From Bugula neritina (taxonomy: Eukaryota; Animalia; Bryozoa), in the NCBI GenBank assembly GCA_964035545.1, contig OZ037772.1, forward strand, positions 1,860,001-1,924,000: a stretch of DNA of 64,000 bases, given 5' to 3'. The notes under the pieces were generated by a model. It worked only from the letters and a program-made list of their open reading frames with translations, did not search any database and was not told the origin of the DNA. A program made the position numbers and the translations under genes. Positions 30,014 through 41,040 of the stretch are shown in pieces (position 1 is the first letter of the stretch; every line of letters starts with the position of its first letter).

Positions 30014-33000
30014 CTGCAGTTTTTTTACTTTTTTTAGATTAAATGCAATAAAAAGAAGTGCAGTGTCAAATATAGCTTCAAGTAGACTTGCACTCATGGC
30101 AACTGAAATTCATGGACAATAATAGTTCTATACTCAAAATAAGTGCAGATAAGTCAGTTATAAGTCTAAATTAGTGTTTATACCTCTCCTGAACAAAGTA
30201 TTTATGTTTCAGTTAATAACACTCTTCAGAGTGCACCCTTATATAGTCTTACTGAAACTCGGTGACATTTCAACTTGAATTTAATTGCTGACTGAAAATT
30301 TGGAAGGTATAAACGCAACTTAGCAAATATTACCTAAAAACTCCATCTAATAAAATAGTTGTGAAGTTTTAGCTACATGTAACATTTTAATAGACAAAAT
30401 TACAATCACCCACCTTAGTGCTTACTAATCACAAAACCTGGTTTGATAACCGGGAATTTTAAATAACAATTCATTTCATCAAGATTAGAATTAAAGTAAA
30501 TTTTTAATGGCATTCTCACCAAATAAAGATTCGCTGTCATTGTCCAACTTTGCTCTTTTAATCAAATTATTAAAAGCACTTTGAACGATAGAAGCTGAGT
30601 CTACAAAAGAAGGAAGATGCATGTAAATACAATTTTATATCTGAGTGTTATTCCGTGCATTTAATCCAAAAATGTTAATAAGAAAAACTGAAGGCTACTG
30701 AGTGTGTGTTACAAAAATGTTATATTATAAAGCCTGAGATCATGCTTAAAAACACTTTAAATATTGCATAATATATATTAAATCAAATAAGTACACTTTA
30801 AATATTGCATAATATATTATAATAAATCAAATAAGTACAAGATCAAAATATATATATTGATACTATAATTTATTATATGTATAAATATACATGAAGTGCT
30901 AGCATAATGTAGCTAATATTTTATATTATGATAAGCCATAAGTGATCATTATAATTTTAAACAATGTATATGTTCCCATGCAGTCTAAATATAAAATAAA
31001 GCACGGATGCTGTTTGGCACGGATGCCTATGTGTTAAGATTCACTTAACAAAGGGTGAATGGATTGAGGACACAGATGCAGGCCCCAACTCTATTTGTTG
31101 TTTATTGCCAACAGTATATTTTCTAAGTTAGACTTAGACTCGAACTCATACTGATACTCATACTGTAACCTATAACCATGAGAATTACAAACATCATGTC
31201 AACTCAACATTGATTACACAGCTGACAAAACATTTAGTTGATGAAGTTCAAAACAAAAGATAATATAATACTTGATACTCACAATTAAGTACAGATTGCC
31301 TGCATCTTTAGCAGGAGGAAAATTGAGCTACACTGACTCATTGAATAAAAATAGCCAGCAAATAGCTTTCATTTCACAATGGTTTTTGGAAAGCTGCCAA
31401 GACTCCTGCAACACGGAGATCTATATGGCCTTCAAAGCTGTTAAAATATATTTCATAGAGTTCCAATCACCATTAAAACAAAGTTTGAGTATAGTAGGCA
31501 ATATAATTACTGAACAGACTAACTTTAAATATATATTAACGTAGGAGGTCTAACATTATTCTTAAAAACAAAGTAACAAAAGTAACAAGCTAAAGTTGCT
31601 TTCGAAACAAAATAATGATTTACAGGTATACATTATTAAATTAAAATGTTTGGTATTAGATTACATCATATAGTTTTTTGGTAAGCATTATGCATGATTG
31701 TCTCCCCAATCAACAAGAAGTCATATTGTGCAGTTTGATGATTTTAATCATTTAAAAAAGATAACTGTATTTTTAGTAAATTGTTACATGAAACAAAATT
31801 GCACATTTCCAGATAAATTTAACTACAGTTAAAACAACATTATTGTTTTTTGGTAAGACTGGAAGAAATTAAAATAATACTCAACCTAAGAAAATACATA
31901 CCTTTTGCTGTCTCCAACTTGCTGCTCAACTTTTCATTTTTGCTTCTGGTAAAAACAGGCATTTTTTCTAAGAAGTTAGTTATATAGTGTTTAAAAGTAC
32001 TATGGTTTCCCAGCAAGCTTTACTTTGCTGAAATGTAACTTTCCAGTGTCAGAATAGCAGGTTTGACAAAATTTCTTATTTATATATACTGCTATAATAG
32101 TAACAAAGAAAATTATCTGTTCTTACAATTACTTCTACTAAAGTCTAGAGGGAGAGTGCATCTCTATAATTATGCAAAAGATAATAGACCCCTTTTAGTT
32201 CTGGGCCTAGTTTCTTTTTATCTTCATAATAATCAGGAAGCCTAAGTAAGCTTAAAAGTTTTTAATCTACTAAAAATGGCTGCCAAGAGTTGTACTTTAG
32301 TTTGAACCTTATAAGAAAATCCTGGAATTAGCCTATTTGGCCGCAACTTCAGAAGCACTGTCATAATTATAAATTCTTTTGAAGAAGTTTACCTCAAATA
32401 CTGTATAATAAAGAAAAATCTTCAAGCTAGCTGTTCTATTTTTCTTGGTTTTGTGTTATCTCAGTACATGCAAAGTTTATAGTCTCTATGAGAGACCTTT
32501 TTCAACTGACTGAGCATAATAGCTGAAATTTTGTCTGCTGTCACTACAACGTGAACTTTTATAATTGGAGATGTTAAGAAATGCTTGCAGCTTACTTTTG
32601 CGACTATAAATATTAGGCCCTGTAGCATATAAGATACACCAAATTTCATTCACAATAAACCTAATGGGAATCAAGAGATATTAAATTCTAAGTTATTAAC
32701 ACATATTATTGAAAACTATTTATACATGTCTTACTCTTTTTTGTGTAGGTAGTCCAATTACATGACTATATAGCAAAAAGTTTAGATTTTGATATTCACC
32801 CATTGCGTGAACAATATTTTTTCTAACTAAATTATTTTACTTGAAAAACTTTCAAAATAGGGAAACCAATTCAGCAACTAGTTATAAAGTTTGAAAAAGG
32901 CATGTAGCATCAGTGCTACACTGGTCGTCTGTCTCTAAGAGTAACAATTCAGTTTAATTCCAATTAGCAACTCCCCTCCACATAAACTCCAAACAATATA

Positions 33001-33596
33001 TTCTACTTGAACTGCTATATTTAAAAGCATTAGAAAATGAAAATCATACTTTTTTTAAGTATTATGTAAAGTAACATTCATAAAATAAGCAAGCGCTTTG
33101 CTCTGAATATTTTGTTGCATGCAATTAATAGAAACTGGGGGAACCCTGAGTCTGTCTCATGTAAACACAGTTGGAGCAAATACACCAGCTAACTGTAGAA
33201 TGGCTAAATATTTGCAGCTATAACACCTCTAAACAATTCAACTAAAAAGTAGACATGAATGTGGACATTGTAGCTATTTGGTAATTAGTATAATAGCTAA
33301 GCTGTGAATTTGCTCTTATCCTTACTAAGTGACAGGCAAAGTAAGAATTTAAAAGTAAGAAATTAAAGAATAAAATCTTTTATTAACCTCATATTCCAAT
33401 ACATTAGGCCAGGAACTACGACAAATTGAAACAAATGATGGGTGTCTTTAATTTGTCTATAACTTTTTTGCAGCTACTTACATTTTTCTTTCATATTGTA
33501 GTAATTTGTGCAATTACTGAGCGTGAGTTATTTACTTGCGTATAGTTAGCTGGTTATTCTGTTATCAATTACTAAGGTAGCTGTCGAGTAATTATA

Positions 33597-34576
33597 TTAT
33601 ATCAACTGGTATAGACCTGTCGTCGTATCCAGCAAGTCAGGGGCAAGTTGTGTGAACTCGGCTTGCAGTCTTAGAAGCCGCTCTTCTACGTTAGCCAGCT
33701 GGCTAGGCCTTGGTGGGGTTATAGGGGTCTCCGTTATACGGGATATGGTTGTTTCTTCTACTTCTGGGGTGTTGCTAGGGTTGACGGGGGGGGGGGGGGG
33801 GGGGTAGGAGGTGGGCCCTGAACCATAGGGGACTTATGGCGGGCAGATAGTAACAGTACGTGAAACCCTGACGTTAGTGCGGCCAGGGTAATAGCCTTCC
33901 TGATGACTGGTTTGATGGCATCCAGGTATAGGGAGAAACTGTCTTCATCAACAGTGTGGTTCTCTCCGGCGAAGCAGCTTAGCTTATGTACTGTCACGGG
34001 ATACGGGTAGACGTCGTGGAACCCGCAGGGACAGAAGTGGAGTAGGAAATGGGCATCTACATGTAAACGCAAGGAGCGGTGTGACGGGCACTCCTCAAAG
34101 CAGACCTGGCAGGTTCGGTGTGGTCCACTGGGTCCCCAGGCTTCTTCAATTCTCCTCTCTGTCGTGGGTGACACCCAACGGTGTCGTCGGCGGAGTACTA
34201 CTGGTATGCCATTCTCCATTACAGGCTCTTCTTCCATAGACAGAGAGGTTGGCTGGTCCCGTGACCGGGAGGTGGTCACTCGAGTGTGATCTGAAAGAGT
34301 AGCAGTGTTAAAGATTATACACTGAGGCACCGTCGGCGTGTACAGCCTGACCGGTACTCTGTTCAGTTACACTCGTGAGATTCAGGCTAATGAATAGTTG
34401 ATGGAGAACACACTCGCTATGACAGATTATTTAAAATCAAAGTCGACGTGTATTCCCACCACTGTTTATCATTATCGAATCTCCAGCTAGCTAGTGTAGC
34501 TAAGCTGACTGATGCAGTCTAGTTATCGTACCAAAAACATAATTAACTCACCCTTCGATCCAGAATAGTAAGACAT
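33597..34576 (-). CDS. Retrotransposon accessory ORF3: C2H2 + C2HC zinc-finger protein with predicted coiled-coil tail, probably spliced
   Basis: Exon 34576-34552 (MSYYSGSK), GT-AG intron 34551-34291 in matching phase 1, exon from 34290; CQVC-x12-H-x3-H and CPC-x12-H-x3-C; frame slips in the G19 run (33786-33804) and continues ...LANVEERLLRLQAEFTQLAPDLL... to TAA at 33597. Confidence 0.65.
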
Positions 34577-34599
34577 TTTGGAATGAGAGTGGTAACTGA

Positions 34600-36852
34600 T
34601 TACTGTTTACTGGCACGTCTACTCTCGACTGCATCAACATAGGAAAAGACCGGACAGCGTGGTTGTGAAACGTGACTAGGGCTTTTCACTTCCAGCGGAT
34701 GAATCTCGTGTGAGATTCCGCTGAGGCAAAAGTTGAGATTCTCGTGGTGATCACAACTCCCACGGCTCTTTGCCTGTTTTCCCATGCGAGGCCTCTCTAG
34801 ACTTTTGTTACTGCCGCTTATACCGCGGTCACGTACACAGTCTCTGAGACACGCTGGAAGTTGCCTAGTGTGTGGTCCTGGTCCTATGTTGGTATCTCCT
34901 TGCGGAGCCCCTCCCACGGGGGGTTTTTGCACTTCCGGACCTGTTTCTGGTTCCGGAAGTGGTGATGATGGCAGGCTTGACGTTGGGGGCGGTGAGCGCA
35001 CTTTCAAGGATGGAAGTGGCCTTTCTCGCCTCGCCAAGTCTTCCTGACGTGTCATGGAGGTGTTTCCGGCCAGGTTGACAGTCTCTGCCTGCCGAGACCT
35101 TCTCGCACAATGCGTCTGCCGCCCCACTTCACCAGGGAGACGGCTATGCTTGTTGGTCTGGCAGACTTTGCACCGTCTCACTCTGCGTCGGATATCCCGT
35201 TCCATGTTAGGCCAGTACCACCGGAGTTGTAGCTTGGTGACCACCCCTTGGACTCCTCCGTGAGTCTCCTCGTGAGTGTCTTGTATCAACTTCCGGCGGA
35301 TGGCAACTGGGCAGACAACCCTCTTCCTGGCTGGCTGTCTGCTGTTGGTGGCCAAGGTCATGGTTAGCAGACCATCTGGCCCGACCCGCAGAGAGCTCCA
35401 ACGTTGACAGTACAGCCGTAACTCGGCGCATCCCTGTCGCCGTTGTGTACTACTGGGTCGTCGCCCCTCCTGTTTCGCTCGGTACACGTCGGCTACCACC
35501 CCAGGAAGGCATTCCTGGAGCTTCGGCAGCTCCCTAACGTTACCAGCCCATACAGGTTTGGCGCGGAGGCTCTGGGCAGCCTCCGGGGGCGTGTCAGCCC
35601 TCTGTTGAAGTGGCTGAGCAGGGGCGGTCCTCGCCGCCCGCGGTACCTCACGGCAGCCTGCTCTATTTAGGCGGGCTCCGTGGTCTGTGTGGCTGAACGC
35701 CTCACTGTACCCATGTGGCAACCTAGCCATAGCCTGGCGCTTCCCGTTGCCTGTGCAGCCACGCGTCCCTGGAGGAGGGGAGGCGTGGGTTGGGACGGTC
35801 CTCCGCCCTTGAGAGGGGCTCTGCTGAGGACCTTCCGTCGTAGCTCCCGACGACGGCCCAATGGCTTCCTCCTGGACAGGATGGAAGCGACCCAGCATGG
35901 ATCTGGGTGGTAGGTCTACTGTCTCTGAGAAGGGATTGACACACTGCACTGAGATCTCTCCTTGCCCCGTGAGCCGGCTAAAACTACGGGCAAGTTGGAC
36001 TCTCGAGTGCGTACTTTCGACAACTCCCAACTTAGAGGTTTGGCCACCGTCTACCTTGCAGCGGACGGTAGCCCGGGAGTGGCCTGGTATAGTACAGCTC
36101 CGTACTACCTGCACTGCTCCCGCTAGAGGACGACCAAACTTATCGACACAAGCGAGCTCCTTGTCGCCCATGATTATCGCAGATTTACTGAAATCGATGC
36201 GACAACCGTGTCGTTGTAAGAATGGCATCCCGAGGATAGCATCCTCGTTGAGCTGCCCGACGATAAACGTCTCTTGGATGGCCTGGTTACGGACGTAACC
36301 AGTTAGCTCAATAATGCCGTAGAAGGGAATGCACGACCCGTCTGCCAGGGTGCCATGATCCCCCTCATACGGTGCCAACCTGTCCTTGACCTTAGCGCTG
36401 AGGGTGTCAAAGAATTGACGGCTAAGGAGGTTGGTGGTGCAGCCGGAGTCCAGGAGGAAGCTGGCAGGCTTGCCGGCTAACTTCCCTGGCAGGAAGTAGC
36501 TACTTCCGTGCGGCTGCAATTGAGTGTGCCGTGGTTGCACCTCCCTCGCTGTGGGTCGAGGGGTCCACGGTTGGCGGCGACTATTGACCAGCTGCTGAGG
36601 TTGGGGCGGTACGCCTTGCGGCGCTTGTACCGTTTCCCTCGCAGGCTCTGTGGTCAACCGTCTGCCGGCTCCGTGTTGGTGCCGGAGTGGCGTAGAGGAC
36701 CCAGGCGGCGAGTGGCTTGAGCCTACTTGCCGCGGGGGTCGCCACTTCACAGCATCTCCGCGCGGCGCCCAGCGGGGCGACAGACGCGCGGGCCTCCCTG
36801 GGTGATTCACAGACGGCCCGCAGGAGGTGGGAACATCTGCGGGCCGGGGTAG
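34600..36852 (-). CDS. pol: Internally deleted pol: aspartic protease + integrase HHCC domain, no RT/RNase H/DDE core
   Basis: Uninterrupted frame from the frameshift site (36852) to the stop at 34600; jumps from ...EVPRAARTAPAQP (pre-RT) to ...NVRELPKLQECLPG (post-RNase H), and from ...VNLAGN to the Pro-rich tail. Confidence 0.8.
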   Translation of the reverse strand, partial: LPRPADVPTSCGPSVNHPGRPARLSPRWAPRGDAVKWRPPRQVGSSHSPPGSSTPLRHQHGAGRRLTTEPARETVQAPQGVPPQPQQLVNSRRQPWTPRPTAREVQPRHTQLQPHGSSYFLPGKLAGKPASFLLDSGCTTNLLSRQFFDTLSAKVKDRLAPYEGDHGTLADGSCIPFYGIIELTGYVRNQAIQETFIVGQLNEDAILGMPFLQRHGCRIDFSKSAIIMGDKELACVDKFGRPLAGAVQVVRSCTIPGHSRATVRCKVDGGQTSKLGVVESTHSRVQLARSFSRLTGQGEISVQCVNPFSETVDLPPRSMLGRFHPVQEEAIGPSSGATTEGPQQSPSQGRRTVPTHASPPPGTRGCTGNGKRQAMARLPHGYSEAFSHTDHGARLNRAGCREVPRAARTAPAQPLQQRADTPPEAAQSLRAKPVWAGNVRELPKLQECLPGVVADVYRAKQEGRRPSSTQRRQGCAELRLYCQRWSSLRVGPDGLLTMTLATNSRQPARKRVVCPVAIRRKLIQDTHEETHGGVQGVVTKLQLRWYWPNMERDIRRRVRRCKVCQTNKHSRLPGEVGRQTHCARRSRQAETVNLAGNTSMTRQEDLARRERPLPSLKVRSPPPTSSLPSSPLPEPETGPEVQKPPVGGAPQGDTNIGPGPHTRQLPACLRDCVRDRGISGSNKSLERPRMGKQAKSRGSCDHHENLNFCLSGISHEIHPLEVKSPSHVSQPRCPVFSYVDAVESRRASKQ

Positions 36853-36860
36853 TTTAACCC

Positions 36861-36881
36861 TGGCTGAGTTTTACATGGTCT
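36861..36881 (+). mobile_element. Isolated 21-bp terminal fragment of the ISL2EU/Harbinger family seen at 58994-63167
   Basis: TGGCTGAGTTTTACATGGTCT+ATT is identical to 63147-63170. Confidence 0.85.
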
Positions 36882-37829
36882 ATTATATAGCCAAGTTATT
36901 TAATTAAGATTCAAAGTAGCATTGTGTTACACACAATAGTTTCGGAAAACTACTGAAAGAAAAGTTCAATAATATATTACTAAAATACCAGGAAAGTCTT
37001 GCTGATGTTTATGAAGCATGCATTAAACATTCTGTATTTCAATGGAAGATGTCTTACACATTGTAGAGGAAAAGTTGTCTACTTGCCTTAGTTTACAAGG
37101 CTATAGCATAATGATGGTAGTAGACTGATACTCAAACAAATTAATTAGGAAGAAATTTGGTGCTTGTCATAAATATTATGTTAATTTGTCCCTCTAGCAT
37201 TAGGACAAAAAGAGAGATAAACCAGTTGCCTATATTGTGAGATTGTGCATAAACTGCTATATACTAGCTTACAAATTGTTGAGTGCCAATATTTAAATTA
37301 TCAATATATTTATGCTAGGTAAGGCCAGTAAGAAAATTTAGTTTACCAGTGGTAACTTATATATTTTGACTGCTAGAAAGTTTAACTGCATTAACAAATA
37401 AGCCTCCTTATGCTGTGTAAGATTAAATAAAAAGTACATAAAAGAAGTAACAAAGACAAGTTCTGAAACGTCTGCTCTTGCAAACAAAATGCCTAATTGC
37501 TAAGTGTTGGGAGCAGTTTCGAAGAAGCTTGTATATTATTATACCACTAATTGTTAACATTCAACCTATAAGTTACTGCTAAAATTTGAAAAAAAATCCA
37601 AGGCACATTCAGAAGCTTGCTAATATATTTCTTTTAAAGCTGCAATTTTAAAGGGTAATTTGTAGTGTAACGGCTAGATTTCTAGCCCACAAAAAGTTTC
37701 AATTGCTTATAAAAGGGGAGACAACAGACGTGCCTCACCTGCCTGCCACAGACGTGTGTCACTTGCAGTAAATGGTAAATAGTATTATAATGAGTGTTAA
37801 TGAGGGATGAGCTTCATTACATATGAATG

Positions 37830-38228
37830 TTATTAATTACATTTAATTAGGTTCTCATAGGGGATAAATAGAAGTTATAAAATCTTACTCCTGGGGTCCA
37901 ACTATGTGGGGCAATTTTAACAGTGGCGAATCTCCTTTGTTCTCAACAGTGATTACTAGTGGATACAATACTGCATTGAATTATTCTGAACTTGTTTAAA
38001 TAAATACTTGGTATAGTAGAAAAATTATAAATTTTGTTTTAAGATTTAAACTTTGAAATATAATAGATATGCAATTACGAAGTAATTTTAAAACCTAATT
38101 ACATTTCTAGATGTGTAATATATGTTCTACAATTACAGTTTTATACATCAATAACAAATTACATTAATTTACTTGAAAAAAAATAATTAATCACAGCTAA
38201 TTACAAATTACATTCTCTCAAACTCTGG
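37830..38228 (+). mobile_element. Degenerate copy of the hAT-like AATTAC-repeat MITE, lacking the nested foldback insert
   Basis: GGGTCCAACTA...AACAGTGGCGAATCTCCTTT and the AATTAC-rich right end ending CAAACTCTG match parts of 52178-53307. Confidence 0.65.
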
Positions 38229-38400
38229 TGGTAATGGTTAATAACTGGCAGACTCAAATATCCTGTGTGCAGAAGTTTTTAGGGCTACTGATGATATTTA
38301 AAAACATTTTCTATTTGGTTTTTCACACTTCTAACTTTTGTCCCCCATATTTAAGGGATAAGAGTATGAAAGCTGGTGTGTACTAAATGAAGTAAACTGA

Positions 38401-38403
<3 letters not shown>

Positions 38404-38456
<53 letters not shown>

Positions 38457-38528
38457 CATATATATAGATATATATACATTATATATATATATAATATATA
38501 TATAATTTATACATATATATATATATAT

Positions 38529-38559
<31 letters not shown>

Positions 38560-38560
38560 C

Positions 38561-38609
<49 letters not shown>

Positions 38610-38625
38610 TATATATACATAATAT
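38404..38625. repeat. Interrupted (TA)n microsatellite
   Basis: Directly visible. Confidence 0.97.
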
Positions 38626-40050
38626 AGCTATAAACATGCACGTATATAAAGAAAATAACATTCATGCAACTGGTAGTAAATACTGTTTAGTATGAGCTTC
38701 TACTAATTTTGCTACGGCATGTAGCTGCATTATAATAAATAGCGATTTTAGGAGATCCTAAAGCACTTTATAGTCGTTTATGCAGAATTTTTCTTTCAGT
38801 CCAATATATGAAACTTATAAAAATAATTTTAGAGAGAACATGCACTAGCCGAAAATCAATTTGTTTTCAATAAAGTATATCATAGACCTGCATACTTTGT
38901 GCAGGAAAGAAGAGAGAGCCACAAAGGAAGAGCCACGCCTACCATGTCCAATGAAAACAGACCTGTCATACTAAGTAGCTACAGACCTGCTATACCAGAT
39001 AAAACCAAACCTGCCATATTGCACAAAACTGAACCTGCAGTACTGAGCAAAGAGCAACCAATCAAATATTCCAAGCAAAGAAGAAACGATTCAGCATTGT
39101 GGGAAAACCTCCCCAGGGGGAATCAGCAAACTCCGACAGCTGGTCAAAGTTTTAGCTACAGAAAAGGAAGAATTGCGAGTATTGTAATTATTCAGTGAGG
39201 AAAACCGCATGCTTACCTTGTTCTGGTAACCACTACACAACTGTGAAGAGAAAGGGCTGGAAAGCTACACAACTTTGAGAGATTTCTCATACAGACAGCT
39301 GTTCTATAGGAAGTGTTACATAAGAGTTGTGACTATTGACTATTATAGACAGGGTTGTAAGAATGTGGACACAGTTTTAAGATTTCCTATTTAAGGAATC
39401 CAATACTTTAGTTATGTTATGATAGCATTAACTTAGCAGAAGCTTTGGTGGAATTTGATATAATGCTTAATTACTACTCAAAGCAGAATAGTTTAGTAAT
39501 TTTTTAAAAAGAACATAATATTATATTTGTATTTTCTTATATATAGATGTTTATTATACATGCCGATCATAAAAGTCAACTCATTATATGGTACACAAAA
39601 ATTATATCTGTAAATGAACATGTGCATGCTGCAGCTGAAGAATTAAAAATAAAATGAAAAGGAAACAAAACGTATTCAACTAGATGAGTCATCAGATGAC
39701 ACTGCTGTATAAAATGACGAATTAGGAAAGAGAAAGCCTGTGGAAACAAAGCAACACTGAACTACAATGTGGCTAACAAATACCAGGTCAAGAGAAATAA
39801 TATCATATTCAGTAAATAAAATACCAAGAGGTGTAAAATATCAATATAAGTACACATAGAAAAAATAGGTGATATACAGAATAAAAAGTAACAGTTTAAT
39901 ATTGATAAAGCTTTTCATTTTCACACAAACATAATATCTTTACAAGGCATTATTGTATATATAACTATTTGTATTAGGAGAGAGAAACAATATAACTTAG
40001 TATGCTCACATGGAACTATAGAAGGAAATGTCAGCTAGAAGAGGAAGGAA

Positions 40051-40300
40051 ATGGAGGTCAAGGCCAGCAATGCAATGTCAAGGTCAACTGGAAGAAAGTA
40101 GTTTTAGGTCACGACTTGTCATTCTCAAACATGGCGGCTAGTTTGAGCACACTTTTGGACTAGAAGAGGAAGGAGGCCAGGAGACCACAGAGCTCTCTGG
40201 GGAGAGAGGTAAAACACGCTTCAGCTACAAAGCAAGAGTTGAAAAGAGAAATAATTGGAAAAAGTTGAAATTTTACTCAATTTGATCAAAAATGAACAGG
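40051..40300 (+). repeat. Dispersed fragment of the DUF4806-element family (copy of 23931-24180)
   Basis: ATGGAGGTCAAGGCCAGCAA...AAATTTTACTC nearly identical to 23931-24160. Confidence 0.85.
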
Positions 40301-40425
40301 TATTAACAAAAAAAATGTCCACAGATTCTAACGCTGCTATTCCAGGACAACTATAGCATATTATAATTATATTATCACTTCACTATATAATAATCATATT
40401 ACATAATGTATTATATTGTTTATAT

Positions 40426-40990
40426 TGTAATGGATTTTCACCCTCTATTAGTTTTTAACTGCGTGAGTCAGTATTATAACTACTGTTGCGTATCGTTTTG
40501 AATGCTGTAATTATAGCTAAGTTGCACTAGCTTTCTAATGCCTTATTATTGTGATTAAGCTTTCAGTATAATGTAATTTTCATTAAATACGCATTTCCAG
40601 AGTTATTTTCCCTTTTTGCTATTTCATCGTTTTGCATTAATACTGATACTGGAAATTTGTGTAGCTTTTATGAATGCCTTCAATAGGTTGTTATTATAGC
40701 TAAATTCTTGGCCTATTGAATTATTCATTCTCCTTTGTCTATTTTTCTTTTGTTACTGTCAAGCTTAACTTTCTTTTGTCTGTTGGAACATTCTAGATGT
40801 GAATTCTTGTGTATAAAAGCAGGCGAGTTTCCAGTGTAGCTTCAGACTACTACTGGAGCTCGCTGGTAGTAGGACCACATGAGCTGTATCTGATACAATA
40901 AAGGTTATCCTCATTTGTACTCAAATACTTGGCTTATTCTTTCTAGAGCATGTAGGCACTAGTTGCATTCAGAACCCACAGTTTACTACA
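40426..40990 (+). repeat. 5' LTR (565 bp)
   Basis: TGTAATGG...TTTACTACA; TATAAAA at 40812-40818 and AATAAA at 40897-40902. Confidence 0.97.
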
Positions 40991-40991
40991 T

Positions 40992-41009
40992 TGGTGGCAG
41001 CAGTGGGAT
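40992..41009 (+). promoter_or_regulatory. Primer-binding site complementary to the tRNA-Leu 3' end
   Basis: TGGTGGCAGCAGTGGGAT, 1 nt after the LTR; complement of ...ATCCCACYGCTGCCACCA of tRNA-Leu(AAG/UAG). Confidence 0.85.
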
Positions 41010-41040
41010 TTTCGAATAACTAGTTGCCGAGCGGCGCGCA

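Larger units (their letters stand above)
33497..36860 (-). mobile_element. Non-autonomous, truncated Ty3/Gypsy derivative related to the 40426-47773 element
   Basis: Protease (FLLDSGCTTN) and IN zinc-binding region collinear with the intact element; GC-rich; gag and 5' LTR missing; LTR-like TGTAG... fragment at 33497 preceded by ATAT. Confidence 0.9.

Noticed and set aside
32461-32674. SWIM/YqaJ accessory gene relic of an ISL2EU element
   Set aside because: Only a vague AKV...VHVVV resemblance; zinc ligands could not be recovered in any frame.
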